Assembly: GCF_009914755.1 (NCBI RefSeq)
Contig: NC_060933.1
Origin: the human T2T-CHM13v2.0 reference genome, Homo sapiens
DNA: 64,000 bases
Reading direction: 5' to 3' (one strand)
Shown: positions 32,300 through 48,793 of the stretch, one piece after another
Position numbering within the stretch: position 1 is the stretch's first letter
How the letters are laid out: each line of letters starts with the position of its first letter
Program-made: the position numbers and the translations under genes
The notes under the pieces: generated by a model
Databases searched by the model: none
The model's input: only the letters and a program-made list of their open reading frames with translations
What the model was told of the DNA's origin: nothing

Positions 32300-32490
32300 A
32301 TAGCACAGTGTAGTCCAAAGAGCACTAAGAATCAAAAGAGCCATGGCTTTCAGTTCTAGTTTTACTATTAAAAAGCTGGTGACTTTAGGGAAGTCAATCT
32401 CTTTATACCTCATTTTCCTTTTCTACAAAGTGAAAAGCATAAACTGATAATAAGGTTTCTTCTAGTTCTAAAACTTTGTAACTAAGATGT
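32300..32490 (+). mobile_element. MIR
   Basis: agcacagtgtagtccaaagagcact...gtgactttagggaagtca...cctcattttcctttt. Confidence 0.7.
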
Positions 32491-32603
32491 TCTCATAAGC
32501 TTCAGATACAATCTTCCATAGTATATAAAAAGAATGAAGAAATTTATAATTTGAAAAACTTCAGGTTTTCAAAGTTGTTCCGGCTACTAAAAACAAAGCT
32601 CCT

Positions 32604-32954
<351 letters not shown>

Positions 32955-33144
32955 TTAGTTAATATAAAATTTATAAGCATAAATTTACATTTAGCAAATT
33001 AATTTGGGGGGGGGAAGGCAGGTGATAAGGTGGGGGAAGTGCAGAGGTGAGAGAGTAAGGGAGGTTGTCATTTCCTACAGCTGTTTTCCAAAATGAGTGG
33101 TTTTTGTATCTTGGTCACTGTAGGGAAATAATGTTGTGTTTTTT

Positions 33145-33470
33145 TAAATTATGGTAAAATATAGATAAAAGTTACTATTTTAAGTGTACAGTTCCATGGC
33201 ATTAAATACATCCACATTATTGTGCAATTATCACCAGATTTTATTTTTCATCTTCCCCAACTGTAACTCTATACCCACTAAACAATAACATCATTTTCTT
33301 CTCCTGCCAGCCTCTGGCAACCACCATTTTGTCTCTATGAATTTGACTATTCTAAGTACCTCATACAAGTGGAATTATACAATATTTGTCCTTTTGTGAC
33401 AGGCTTATTTCATTGTAGCATGTCTTAGAATTTCCCTTCCTTTTCAAGGCTGAAAAATATTCCATTGTAC
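33145..33470 (-). mobile_element. L1MA/MB-type 3' end, interrupted by an LTR
   Basis: taagtgtacagttccatggcattaaatacatccacattattgtgcaa...aaggctgaaaaatattccattgta; L1 appears to resume near 34557 (cacattttgctt). Confidence 0.8.
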
Positions 33471-34556
33471 CTAAAACAAACTATTTTGTCCTTTGCACTC
33501 ACACCACAACAATCACCAGAATACTTCTGTGACCAGATGTATGAGAGATTTCCCCCAATGCAAGCAATCGCTTCTGCAGTGGACACCAGGTGGGTGTCCT
33601 CCCACCCAGTTCAATTCCAACATTATCTACCTGGAGACAGTGTCACATCCCACAGGTTGAGGGCTCCCCACTTCCAATCCCAATCTAAAGCCCCAGGTTG
33701 TTTTACCTATGCTTCTGACTAACTGGCTATAAATTGGGGTTCCCACAACCTCTTACTCCAGTCTGATTAATGTGTTAGAGCGACGCACAGAACTCAGGGA
33801 GACAGATTTACCAGTTTATTATAAAGGATATTACAAAGGATACAGTTGAAGAGATGCACAGGGCAAGGCATGTAGGAAGAGGATGCCACCCTCCATGTGC
33901 TCAGCCATCTGGAAGCTTTCTGAATCCAGTCCTTTTGGATTTTTATGGAAGCTTTGTTAAGTAGGCAATGATTGATTAAATCACTGGCTGTTGGTATCAA
34001 CTTAACCTTCACGCCCTCTCTCCTCCCCAGAGATTAACAGGCAGGACTGTAAATCCCAACCCTCTAATCCTGCCTGTTTCTGGGTAACTAACATCCATCC
34101 AATAGCTACCTAGAGGTGCATGGCTTTCAGTCAACTTGTTAGCATACAAAGATACTTCACTGGCCGGGCGCGGTGGCTCACGCCTGTAATCCCAGCACTT
34201 TGGTAGGCCAAGGCGGGTGGATCACAAGGTCAGGAGATGGAGATCATCCTGGCTAACATGGTGAAACCCTGTCTCTAATAAAAATACAAAAAAATTAGCT
34301 GGGTGTGGTGGCGGGCACCTGTAGTCCCAGCTACTCGGGAGGCTGAGGCAAGAGAATGGTGTGAACCCAGGACAGCACTTGCAGCGAGCTGAGATCGCAC
34401 CACTGCACTCCAGCCTGGGCGACAGAGCGAGACTCTATCTCAAAAAAAAAAAAAAAAAAAAAAAAAGGATACTTCACTTTGGAGATTCTAAGGATTGTTG
34501 GAGTTGTATGACACAACACAAGAATGAAGATCAAATATATATTTCACAATATAATG
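33470..34556. mobile_element. MER21-family LTR (ERV) interrupted by AluY
   Basis: tctgcagtggacaccaggtgggtgtcct...tatctacctggaga...tcccacaggttgagggctc...cagaactcagggag...tttattataaaggatattacaaaggataca. Confidence 0.75.
34162..34466 (+). mobile_element. AluY inside the MER21 LTR
   Basis: Y-like diagnostics, A25 tail, TSD aa(a/g)gatacttcact. Confidence 0.93.
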
Positions 34557-34699
34557 CACATTTTGCTTGTCCTTTCATCTACTGATGTTTGACTTATTTC
34601 TTATTTATCAGTTGGTAACAAAATAGATACTATAACCAATTTGTGTATACATATAAAACTGGATTAAGGTAATAAATACATTAAATTTCAAATTTTTTA

Positions 34700-34855
34700 G
34701 ATTTTTTAAAGATGGTGTCTCAGTCTGTTGCCCAGGCTGGAGTGCAGTGGCACCATTTGGGCTCACTGCAACCTCTGCCTCCTGGGTTCAAGTAGGCTCT
34801 GCCTCAGCCTCTCAAGTAGCTGGAATTACAGGTGCCCCGCCACGACACCCAGCTG
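34700..34855 (-). mobile_element. Alu right-arm fragment
   Basis: gtctcagtctgttgcccaggctggagtgcagtgg...ctggaattacagg. Confidence 0.85.
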
Positions 34856-35032
34856 CCAAAATTTTTAGAAGTTTTATCTTTAGCACTTGGGGCATTATTA
34901 CTAAAAAATTAAATTGCAGTCTGTACATATTATTAAAAGCTACCTTCTAAAAGCATGGAAATGTATACAAAGGGCCCAGAAAGTCTTATTTCAAAAGGAA
35001 CTAGACTTCTTGGGCTTAAAAATGTTCATTTT

Positions 35033-35183
35033 AGCCAGGTGTGGTGGCTCATGCCAGCTACTTGGGTGGCTGAGGTAGGAGAATACTTGAGCCCAGAAAT
35101 TTGAAGCTGCAGTAAGCTATGATCACACCATGGCACTACCAGTCTAGGTGACAAAGCAAGAACACGTCTCCTAAAAAAAAAAA
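35033..35183 (+). mobile_element. Old Alu monomer (FAM/FRAM/AluJ fragment)
   Basis: agccaggtgtggtggctcatgccagctact...gctgcagtaagctatgatcacacca plus A tail. Confidence 0.8.
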
Positions 35184-35494
35184 GTTTCTTTTGATTGTAC
35201 AATTAATCAAATGAACCATTTCATAAATCATTTACTAACTATAAGGTCATGTTTGTCCTTATTAGTTTTGAACCATATAACATACCCCTCCCCACTGCAC
35301 ATACTTAAATTCAAGTATACCTACACCTAGCAATGGCTGCCACACAGAAATCACTCAAAAGCCACTGCTGGCTGAGCTGAATTTTGTCAAAACAAATCAA
35401 ACAGTATTATTATTGACTGGCAAATCCAAACTTTCAGGTTTAAAACTTTGCTAGGTTAGAAAAGCCAGGCTAGTGTTAATTTACCAAAACACAC

Positions 35495-35680
35495 TTATGC
35501 AGCACTTACTAGGTCTTGCTCCAAGTGCTTTAACAATCCTATGAGATAGATATTATTTTTTCCTCCCTCCTCCCACCCCATTTACAGATGAGGAAACAGA
35601 AACATAGATAAGTTTAACTTATGCAAGACCACAGTGTTAGTAAATGGTAAAGCCAGGTTTCATATTCAGCAGTCATCAGG
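35495..35680 (-). mobile_element. MIR
   Basis: aacaatcctatgagatagatattatt...catttacagatgaggaaacagaa. Confidence 0.75.
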
Positions 35681-37026
35681 AAGTGTTCTTAGACCTGGAA
35701 GCCAAGAAGTTATAACTTCTTAAGGAATTTGACTAGACCAGTACTTACTTGCCTAAAGACTATGTCCTGGCCAAATAGGGTATATAATTGTGTTTCAGGC
35801 TGAATTATCTGTCTTTGCAACTTACTCTCAAGATTCTTCTGCCTTCTGTAGAATACCAGTATGGAAAAAGGAGGCTATGACCCAGTATAGATTTTTAAAG
35901 TTGAGAAGTACTACATTACCTTACTTTGTAAAGTCTGCAATTTGAAGAATGCATCAAGCTGTTCAGCCTCTGAAACACCAATCTGTCAATGTTCTAATAC
36001 TTAGTTAACTTTCTTATTAATATCTTCTACCAGAAAATGTCAATGTCTCAGGATAACATTATACTGTATATTGCTCTCAGACCTGACTTTGGACAAACCC
36101 TTATTTGGATGGTTCGGAGCTAGGTACTATTTAATCAATTCCATGCAAAATCACTTAATGTGCCAACAGCTTGGGGTCAAGCCTAAAAATTACTTTGGAA
36201 TGCAACAGGACTATTTAGAGCTGTGGTTCATGGAAAACTCCTGAAACTACATGCAAAATTTTGGGACAAAAGGTCCAAAATATTTAATAACAGACTGACT
36301 TGAAAACTACTTTCTCAAAACTCTGGAGGTTCTTAAGATATATTACATTTTCATTTTAAGCTTCTCAGGCTTTACCACTCACCCAATCTAGAACAGCTAT
36401 AATATCTTAATTTCTATTCAGAAAGCTAAAAGAACCCTTCCTTTTTGCACCTATCTCATCTGTGGTTAAGATGGATATTTCCAGTGCTGTGTAAGACATT
36501 TGTTACAAAATAAACCAAGCTGAATCTTAATCTACTCATATCTTGATTCAGTGAATGCTCATTCTGTCCCCAACTTCACTTCTATATGATTAACATTCTC
36601 AGCTGTAGATAGGAATTTCTACATTGTACTCCTGACTTCAATTTCTTTTTTTATCTTTTAGAATTGCATAAAATTGCAGACTACAAATGTAGTAGCAGAC
36701 TTCTTATCCCTGCCCTGAAAATATGTCTACATACGGGCATTAAGGAATATCCCTAGTTCTGTCACCTATCCAGTGGGGGTTCAAGAGAACTTGGTCAAGA
36801 TATCAAACTTCTAAAAAATATCTTGAGTTCTTGGTAACTTAGAGATACTGGTGAAGGAGGAGGGTTAGAATTTCAGCCTGCGAATAAAAAAGATGCCAAA
36901 TTTGTAGCATAAGGCTTCAGCTTTTCCTAGTGGAAATGCTGTTTAAAAAGTCCTCTGATGGTTATTACAAAGTCAAGCAAATAAACAGGGGGTCTATGTA
37001 TATATACAGTTCTATCTTCTACCAAA

Positions 37027-37062
<36 letters not shown>
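37027..37062. repeat. (CA)n(TA)n compound microsatellite
   Basis: About 12 AC units followed by about 6 AT units. Confidence 0.9.
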
Positions 37063-37063
<1 letters not shown>

Positions 37064-37604
37064 CCTTCTTCAAGACATAGGAGTGTCCCTCTCCTCACCT
37101 TTTCAAAGGCAAATGACAGAATTAAAAGGGAAAATGGGATAAATGGACATAGAGAAAATTGATTAAACCCCTGTATAGGTTTTCATGTTGTTACAAAAAA
37201 GATCCTTTTTTCTGAGCTGAAGAAGCTGAATTTGGTTAGGAAATGTCATTTCTCTCTTCTAGCAGCCCTGGGGCTGATTATATACAAAACCTCTTAGAAT
37301 AAGGGTTAAGATGTTCAGTGGTGGGTGCCCAAGAGGAAGTACAGAACAATAAGAAAATGTTTAGGTCTCTCATTGGAGACACATGAATTTATAACTAGAA
37401 AGAATTTTAGGTGCCAACTAATGGCTAATAAATCAATCTGTCCCCTTTTTACCTAAAGATTAACCAAGAAAAGTTACAGAAGTGGCAGCTCCAAGAATAA
37501 CCTATAAAACTAATTAATAACAGTTGGCTTAGAGGGTTTCAACCACTCCATATCATTAAACTTCTTGTAACCTTGCCCTACACGAGATATAAAGTCATTC
37601 TGCA

Positions 37605-37880
37605 GGCCACGCTCAGTGGCTCATCCCAGCACTTTGGGAGGCCAAGGTGGAAGGATCACTTGAGCCTAAGAGTTCAAGACCAGCTTGGGCAACATAGTGT
37701 GTACAAAAAATAAAAATTAGCTGGGTGTGGTGGCACACGCCTGTGGTCCCAGCTACTCAGGAGTCTGAAGTGGGAGGAGTACCTGAGCCCAGGAGTCGAG
37801 GCTACAGTGAGCCATGATCGTGCCACTGCAATCCAGCCTGGGCAACAGGGGAAGACCCTGTCTCAAAAAATATAAAAAAT
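37605..37880 (+). mobile_element. AluJ with small deletions
   Basis: J-type arms (gatcacttgagcctaagagttc, gggaggagtacctgagcccagga). Confidence 0.9.
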
Positions 37881-38698
37881 GAAATTAAAATGAAGCCATC
37901 TTGCAAAGAATTTATTTCCCAAAGGAAGTTATATTCCTCGTTTAACTATCAATCCCTTTTCCATATACTATATATAATACCTTTTTAGTAGAGATATGGG
38001 GGAATTATAACATTTATGCACTCTCAATATAAATGTAATACTCTTTAACTCTCTTTACATAGATGTTGTAACATGTCAGTCAATCCTTACTAATGTGGCC
38101 TTCAGTTTGTCTACCCAGTTTGGCTAGCTGCATAAACTGTCATCTCTACCACTTCCTTTTCCTCTGGCTGCAGCTGTTTTCCCTTAATCATATGCATCTG
38201 TAAGTAAAGGTTTGAAGAAATAGCACTACTCTTAGATGTGTAACAAACACTTGTTACTTGTGCTTAATAAAACTTTTCCAGCCTCAAAAAGTTTACATTT
38301 CACCACCTTCTTCAAATATGGAAATTTTGTCTTTTCATACATTTTTTTTCAGTAGTGCTTAAGAAGAAATGGAATAAAGATTTCAAAGAATAGACTAGAT
38401 GCCTAATATAAGAAAATAAGAACAATATATTTAACAGATTGGGAATTAATGTTCTGTAGGGTCTTTTCATCCAATAAAAAATTAAGGGCTATTTAATGTG
38501 GAGTAGATTTTAAGCTTTCAGAAATCAGAAGACAGCAGAGATCAAGAATTAGGAAAGCCTTTGTGAGAGAATTAGAACTTCATTTAGATATGACTTCCCA
38601 AAACGGAGGGAAAATCCTCCAGGCTAGGAGGATAATGTGTAAAGTGAGAAAGAAGAAAAGCATAGGGTGCATGGTGGAAAGGAAGTAAAAACATGGGA

Positions 38699-39486
<788 letters not shown>

Positions 39487-40641
39487 GAGAGCTGAGTAGC
39501 AACAATACAAGCAAATACTGTTTTTGTTTTTTCTTTCAAAGAAATGTCCTAGGGTAGGTGTGAAAAGTATTTTAGCCAAAGCTGACAGAACAATGTTTCC
39601 AAAGCTGTATGCCAAGTAATGCAACTGGGGAAGAGTGGGATGGAGGAAAGCAGAAGAGGTTTGTAAAAACATTGAGGCAAATCCTTTATTTGAGATGAAT
39701 CTCATAGGCTGAGCCTGTAGTTTTTATTTGGTAGTCTATATGTCTAGGGTATCTTTGGTGTAAATACTTCTTTGTGATAAGGAAGAAAGCAGGCATTTAA
39801 GATGGGTGGTTTGCTCACCCTTACAAATGTTGCACATCAGGTTACTAAATGGTCTTGAATACCCTTTTAGGCAGGGATCCCACGGACCCTGTTATTAGAT
39901 GAATTAAATATATCTTTGACAACATTACTTGGACCTGTAGGAAATATAGGAATTGTGGAAGGAGCACTAGCCCAAGAGTTGGAAAATGAAGGTTCTGGCT
40001 ATAATTCTATTTAAATGAGCTCTATGCCCCCTACTGCCTCAATTTTAATGTGAAAATAATGCACTATGAGACATAGAGCTTCTCTGGCAAAATTATACTA
40101 AATCCTCCCTCTTCTCTGTAAACTGCCTATTTCGGGGACATCATATCCTATGTTAACATTATCTTTATGCAGCTAAATATGGCTCTCTTCCTGCCTTGTC
40201 CTTACAGGAAAAAAAAAAACACTTTAATTCTACATTCCATTAAAAATACTGAGAATATTTTAAAAGCCTCTAAATGACATTTCTAAAAGAAAAGTAAATT
40301 CTTTAGGAGCCTTACTAAAAACAAGCCAGAACAGTATCAGATAGGCAGGAAATTTTCATTGACTTTAATATCTTAAAAGTCTAAACCCCAAAAAAGACAG
40401 TTCAATTGAAAAGTCAATTTATGTCATCTTTAATTGTAAATACGAACAAATGCAATTCTCTGAATTTATTAAGATTGCCTTTTCTATCCTTTTTGTACTA
40501 GTTTCTCACTATGAGGAAATGAAAGGACTAACTAGGGTTATATAGAATAAGAAAACAGAAAGAACAACTCAAAATGTGCGAGTAAACACAAAGAAAAATA
40601 TTTGAGTAAATGTGAATTTCTTCCATTCATATGTTCTCCTA

Positions 40642-41043
<402 letters not shown>

Positions 41044-41158
41044 TTAAAGGCCTTGTGTCAAGTGGCTTTTGCTTACTCCTCCAACCATATCTTGATACTA
41101 TCCCCCCCTCATCACTATAGTTGCAGCCTCTCTCACTCACCATCTTTCAGTATCTTGA

Positions 41159-41548
<390 letters not shown>

Positions 41549-41639
41549 CTAGATTCTACCTACTGTACCTGAGTTGTTTTTTTTGTTTGTTTTTTGTTTT
41601 TCTTTTTTCAGAATCAAACCTCTTTACTTCTCACTTACC

Positions 41640-42560
41640 AATATTCCCTGTCAGGCCCAAAATGAATTGTAATATAACATCTATCATCAACTTGTAGGAT
41701 CACTGACAACCTCTTAACAATTTCGAAGTATAACAGGTGTTTTTCAATCTTCAATTTATACAGGATCACTTTATAGCATTTAACATCGTTGTCCTTTCCT
41801 TCCTTCTTGAAATTAACCTTCAATCTTGGTTTCTCTGATGGTTTCTTCAAACTCTTTTTTAACCTATTTATTTATTTTTATAGATTGGTCTTTTGTTTTC
41901 CTCTTTTTATCGCACCTAAACCTAATGCTTTAACTACCCTTTATACTACAATGTTACCTAGATCTAAAAATCTAAATCTCTAAGATTTCAGGTCTCTCCC
42001 CTTAAACTCTAGACTCTGAAATATCTCCACCTGCATTTCACTCTTTCCCCATCCCCCTCTTCATTCCTCTCATTCAATCAAGGTCTACTTCCTATGGACC
42101 TCTCTCCAAACCTCTTAGCCACATTTTTAGCTCAACGACTTTTCAATGAATGTTATAAAATCACTCACTAATATCTATTTCATACCCCCCTAATCCATGC
42201 TCTACACTGCCACCAGGTGATGTCACTTTCCTGTTTAAAATGTTCCAATGGGCCTTTCAAGCCCTCTTAAATAAGTCTAAATTCTCTGGCATGCTATACA
42301 TGATTCCCCCTACCCTCCTTGGTCTCTAGCCTTATTTCTGAGCACTGTCCAATTCATTTATTTAATTTAACAGGCTGTTCCTCGCTAAGAGAGGTTCTTT
42401 TCTGCTTCTGTGCCTTATCACATATAGTTCCTTTTTTGTTGATAAAATCTCCCCAACTCATCACTCCCCCTTCAAATAAATGAAACTTTTACTAGTTTTT
42501 AAACCTCTGTTTAAGCTGTACTTCCTTCCGTAGGGGGCAAAAACAGTCTCCCCTGACCCG
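41640..42560 (+). mobile_element. Degenerate L2 fragments
   Basis: Pyrimidine-rich L2-like tracts (ctccacctgcat, ccatgctctacactgccaccag, atgtcactttcctgtttaaaa). Confidence 0.5.
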
Positions 42561-42784
42561 TGCCCATGCTGATTAATTTAGATAATCTCTTTAGTGAGAC
42601 TTATTTTGGTTTTTGGGTGCATATGTATGAACTAGGTTATGAAGCAAAATGTATTTTTTATAGAATCTAATGAAAAATGGAAAGCCATTACCCTAGGGGT
42701 TTGTATCAGAACGCCCTTTATATATGTAAAGTCCTGCTTCTGGCTATTATCTCATTACCCCCACCTTCCACCCCACCCCCACCC

Positions 42785-42899
42785 TTTTAGTTTTTTTATT
42801 TTTTTCAGGCTAGTCAAATGAAGCAGTGGAACTGGAGAAGGAACAAAGAAGTCTGTAGCAGGTTGTTATCAATTAGTTGTAAAGGGACTGTGATCAGCC
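42785..42899 (-). pseudogene. Y3 RNA (RNY3-derived) retropseudogene with A-rich tail
   Basis: 42807-42883 aggctagtcaaatgaagcagtggaactggagaaggaacaaagaagtctgtagcaggttgttatcaattagttgtaaa is the reverse complement of hY3 with a few substitutions. Degenerate 5' end to about 42899; T-rich tail 42785-42805. Confidence 0.9.
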
Positions 42900-45445
42900 C
42901 CTAACTATTTGATTAATAAAAGTGACAATGAGGTCTGTTAAAAAGCTGGGAAGAAAATGTAACTTGTAGTGTTTCAGATGTAGGCTTGCCAACACAAGTT
43001 ACTAAATGACATTTTCTTTGCTAATAACTGATATGCAGAGAATAATCATTACTTTTAGGGGTTGGGTCCACAGAGCTAGAGTGAAAAATTATCAGCACAC
43101 TAAGCAGGACAGTAATCAGAAACAAAATATCTAGGTCACAATCTGCAGATGACATTTTTGGGAAAAGTTTATTATACGAATTATTTCCATTGATTTTAAT
43201 TTTCAAAACAAACTTAAAAAAACATCTAAATTCAGAAGCCAAACAAGTTTGACATGATTGATAATGTCTTTTTTGTTCCTGGAGGCACTTGCTTTACTTC
43301 AAGTTTCTTGTGATTGGAATGGAGACTTGGCTGCACCAAGTAAATGAAGTTATTTCAACCCCCTTTCTTCACTCTGATCTACATTAGGCATGTGCTATGC
43401 ATTTTCTAAATCCTACCCTTTTAATGTGACTACATCCTCAACATAAATCTTAAATACTCTGATAAGCCATAATTTTAAAAAGTATTTATCTGTATAAAGT
43501 ATTTTTAAGTGTAAAGGCCTCTAACTATTGTCATCCTTTTTTTTTTCACTGATAGATAATATTTTACCTATTTATGGGGTACATGTGTTTGCTACATGCA
43601 TAGAATTCTAACATCACCTCAGACACTATAAGAAGCTTCTCATGAGGAAAAAACTGAAAAGTCATAACTAAAATATTAATTGCTTGTTTGCTAGTGATTT
43701 TCCAACAATCTACGTATTTTTGCTTTTATACTTTAAAGAGAGTCCATGTTAACACTATTGAAGAAAAGAAAGGAAAATATAATCAAATGTAATCAGATTT
43801 GATCCAAATTCTCTGATTTTCTGTCTCTATGCAATTAGCAACCTCAGTTCCTTCAACTGCAAGATGATACATATCCATTGCCTTCATCACAAAGATGACA
43901 TATGGTAATTAATGGGCTAATACCTGTAATATAATCTGAAGCTCTAGCATAAAGACATTCTATAAGTACAAAACACTTTCTCAATAAATCTGCATGAGAT
44001 GATTTTTACATGAAAAAGGTTTAGGGTTTGTCTACAAATGACTGTATGTTAACAAAATAGATTTACTGCACTGACTGGTTCTTTCCATCAATGTTTTAGA
44101 ATGAGTGAGATAAATATTTATCAAATAATGACACAGATAATTATAGACCGTAATAAATGCTATGAAAATAAAGTACAGAGTGCTATGAGAACAAGTGGGG
44201 GGCGGGAAGTAGGCACTTTCACTTGTTATATCTTTTAATCTTAATAATACTTTTCCCAGGTTATCATGAAGAAATCAAGAATTCAGGTTAAGTTAATTAG
44301 CTTGTCAAGTTCACACAACTTAAAGGTGGAGAGAGCCAGGAACACAGGTTTCACTTAAAGACCATATTCTATCCACTCTTCCAGTATTTTGCTAATATCT
44401 GAATTGCTAATACTCTCACTGACTGCACATCTCTGCCCATTCTCTTCTTCCCTATTTAACAGGTTCAACTAACTCCTTTGGTCCACCTTACCCCTCTCTA
44501 TGTTTTCTTTTATTCCAAAGCAGTTATCACTTTCTAATATATTATTTGTTGTGCATATTATCAGTGGGCCTCTGGTAGGTGATAAGCTCCAGGAAGCTAG
44601 GGAGCTTTGCTTGTTTTGCTCATAGACGTCATCCCCACCCTCCCATTCCCAGAATAGTGACTGGTACCCAGTGAACACTGGCCCAATTTTCCTTTCCCGT
44701 TTTTCAGCTTTAGCTGTATGCAAGAACTTGTTTGATCATTCTCACTTTTAATTACTAGGAAAACAAAGAAGTTTGACCCTATAGCTGAGAAAAATTTATA
44801 TTCAAGTAACATTTAAATTTAGCCTGAAATTCTATTCTGTTAAAAAAAAATTAGGGTCATCAGTATCATTTTTAAAATCCTAGCCATAATAAAAAGTGGT
44901 GAAAAGACATGTCAAGCAAACTCCGAAATGTGGAAGATGCAGATGAGGATCAATGATTAGTATTTAAGAGTGTCTACTCACATATGATGATGCTGTAGTG
45001 GGTAAATGTGAGACACAGATGAAACATAAGAATCAGAGTACACTAAAGTAGTAGTTACCAAACCTTAGGGATTTCAAAAAACAGGTAAAGTAAAAAAGAG
45101 AAAAGTTGGAATGAAAGAGGTGTCAAATTTTAATTTTGACACAAAGGGATATTAAGAACTAAAAACAATTACTATCACTGTAATTTCATCAGAACATCTT
45201 AACATAAAAAATTACCTAATTTCACAATAAAGGGCAGTCATTTTTAAGTAAATTTAGATCCATGAGCACCTCATTATATACAAACAGTTCAACAAAAATT
45301 TAAGATCTAAATGTGAACTCTTAAAAGATGCTCTGAAAGAATTTTTATAACCCCAGTATAGAGAAGGCTTTCTCCAAAAGAATGATACATTTGATATTAA
45401 AATTAAAAAACTTCTAGTCATTAAAAGACAACATATTTAAAGTGA

Positions 45446-45688
<243 letters not shown>

Positions 45689-46090
45689 AAGATATTTTTA
45701 ATGCCTACCAAGTATTATTACAAAGAATACATTAAAACAAGATGCAAATAAAAACTACAATGAGGTACCATTTCATACTCCTCAGAATGGCAAAAATTAA
45801 TAAAATATTACTACTAGTATTTTTCTACCTTCTAAAATATCTGAAATGCAGACAAGCAGACCCTCTCTCATGCATTATGGACTGGAAGTTGTACTTTGTA
45901 CAGAAAACTGACAGTTATTTAATAAAGTTGAAGACATTCATACGCTGTGATCTAGCAACCTACTACCAGATTTATAAACCAGGGCAATCTTTCTCAATGA
46001 CAGCTTTTGGCTACTATAATGAATGAGGGGCACTACTAAATAGAGGCCAGGAATGCCAGGCACTTTTCTTGCATAAAGAAAGTGCTGCTC

Positions 46091-46436
46091 AGATTGGGCG
46101 CAGTGGCTCACACCTATAATCCCAGCACTTTTGGAGGGGGCAGGTGGGGTGCAGCGCCATGGTAGGCAGATCACTTGAGCTCAGGAGTTCAAGACCAGCC
46201 TGGCCAACATGGTGAAATCCTTGTCTCTACAAAAAAAATACAAAAATTAGCTGGGTGTGGTGGTGCATGCCTGTAGTCCCAGCCACTCGGGAAGCCCAGG
46301 TGGGAGGATTGTTTGAGCTTGGCGGGGGTCGAGGGTTCAGTGGGCAGTGATCATGCTACTACACTCCAGCCTGGGCAACAGAGTGAGAATCTGTCTCAAA
46401 AAATAAATAAATAAATAAGTAAGTAAATAAACAAAT
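46091..46436 (+). mobile_element. AluJ-like with insertion in left arm, (TAAA)n tail
   Basis: Full Alu, TSD approximately agtgctgctc. Confidence 0.9.
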
Positions 46437-46812
46437 AGTGCTGCTCCATGCCTCATGACTTGAATATTCTGCTGGACATTCATAGAGGGGAACAGAAAGA
46501 GGAAAAAAAACCCACTAATGTCAGATAATTCTAAACAGGATTTAATACCAAGTTTATTTGTATAGTTTTAACATAGATGATTTGTTATGAATGCAATCAT
46601 TGTGTAAAGAGGTAAGATTGCACTTTTATTTCTGTTTAAACTTTTCTGAGGATAGTTTGTTATTTCAGAAAATCATTTTCCACTTTTCCACCAATGACAG
46701 GCCCAGCATTGGTAATTGAATGGCTAACATACCTGTTTTAATCTGTAGCTGTTGTATTGATGGAGACACCATCCATTGGTACAAAGCGTCTAATTACTAC
46801 TATTTCTTTTAG

Positions 46813-47275
46813 CAGTGCTTCTTATATTTCAATGCGTATATGCATCACCTGGGAATCTTGATAAAACACAGCATCTGGCCGGGCACAGTGGCTCATGTCT
46901 GTAATCCCAATGTCCCAGTGCTTTGGGATACTGAGGAGGGAGGATCACTTGAGGCCAGGAGTTCAAGATCAGCCTGGGCAAGATAGCAAGACCCTGTCTC
47001 TGTAAAAAATCTAAAAATTAGCCAGGCTTGATGGTGCATACCTGTAGTCCCAGATGCTCAGGAGGCTGAAGTGGGAGGATCCCTTGAGCCCAGGAGTTTG
47101 AGGTTACAGTGAGTTGTATGGCTCCAGAGATCCTGTCTTTTACATTATTAAAAAACAAACAAACAAACAAAAAAAAAAAACAGCATCTGCATCAGTAGGT
47201 TAAAGTCTGATGCTCTGCATTTCCAACAAGCTCCCAAGGGATTCTGATGTTGCTGGTCGACCATTACACTTGGTG
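46813..47275. mobile_element. MER5A-like hAT MITE split by an AluJ (46877-47180, +)
   Basis: cagtgcttctt...atcacctgggaatcttgataaaa | Alu, TSD cagcatct | tgcatttccaacaagctccca...gattctgatgttgctggtc...acactt. Confidence 0.8.
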
Positions 47276-47857
47276 GCTAATCTTGAATGTAGTCTTGAGC
47301 TCGAGTATTTACAAAGTGAAACACATATTACTTTATTACAATTTTTTCTTATTTTATTAAGGCCAATGCTTTCTTTAAAGTACTGTAAAATATTTTCTAT
47401 GAACATGGGATGTAGGTAGGGTCAAGAACCACTGCTCTAGAAGTCTTACACAACAGATACCTAACATATACAGGAATATTCCTTATAGTACTGTTTAATA
47501 GCAAACAAATGGAAACAACAAAAATGACCATCAACAGAAACCTGACATAGTTATATAACAGAGCACATACCACCTAACAGTAAAAGTAAATAAACTAGAG
47601 CTACCTAAATAAACATAGATAAATCTTGGCCAAGTTGTGTGAAGAAAGCAAGCTAAATAAAGATATCTGTATTTAAATAGTCTTAAGACAATCAAAATAA
47701 AACTATATATATATAATGTTCATAGGATAAAGGTATGTAGTTAAGTATCAACACGTGGATATAGGAAGGATGCATGTCAACTTTGGGTCACTGGTTAGAT
47801 ATCGGGGGGAAAAGGGAACAGCATTTAAGAGAGGTATTAACATACTAAGGAAACCTC

Positions 47858-48165
<308 letters not shown>

Positions 48166-48469
48166 GACACTTCGTTTTAATTGGTAGTTTTGTTTGTTTA
48201 ACTGGGTGATGGGTACATGGATATTCATTATATTGTATGGCACCAACATTTATATTGCTATGTTAGTTCTCACTTCACTTGGACAAAACTCTTGGGCATG
48301 AACAGGTGTTTGGAAAACACTGCTCCAAAGCAAAGGATTCAGGACTAGAGAAGACCCAAGTTCAAGCCTCAATTCTACTTCTTACTAATTGCTTAGCTTT
48401 AGGCAATTGAAATAATTAACTTATCTGGGCTTTATTTATTTCATCTGTAAAAATTCCACAAACAGTGAA

Positions 48470-48793
<324 letters not shown>

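Noticed and set aside
36782-36834. Imperfect inverted repeat (agaact...caagatat / atatcttgagttct)
   Set aside because: Short, bulged and AT-rich; too weak to call a pre-miRNA or MITE.
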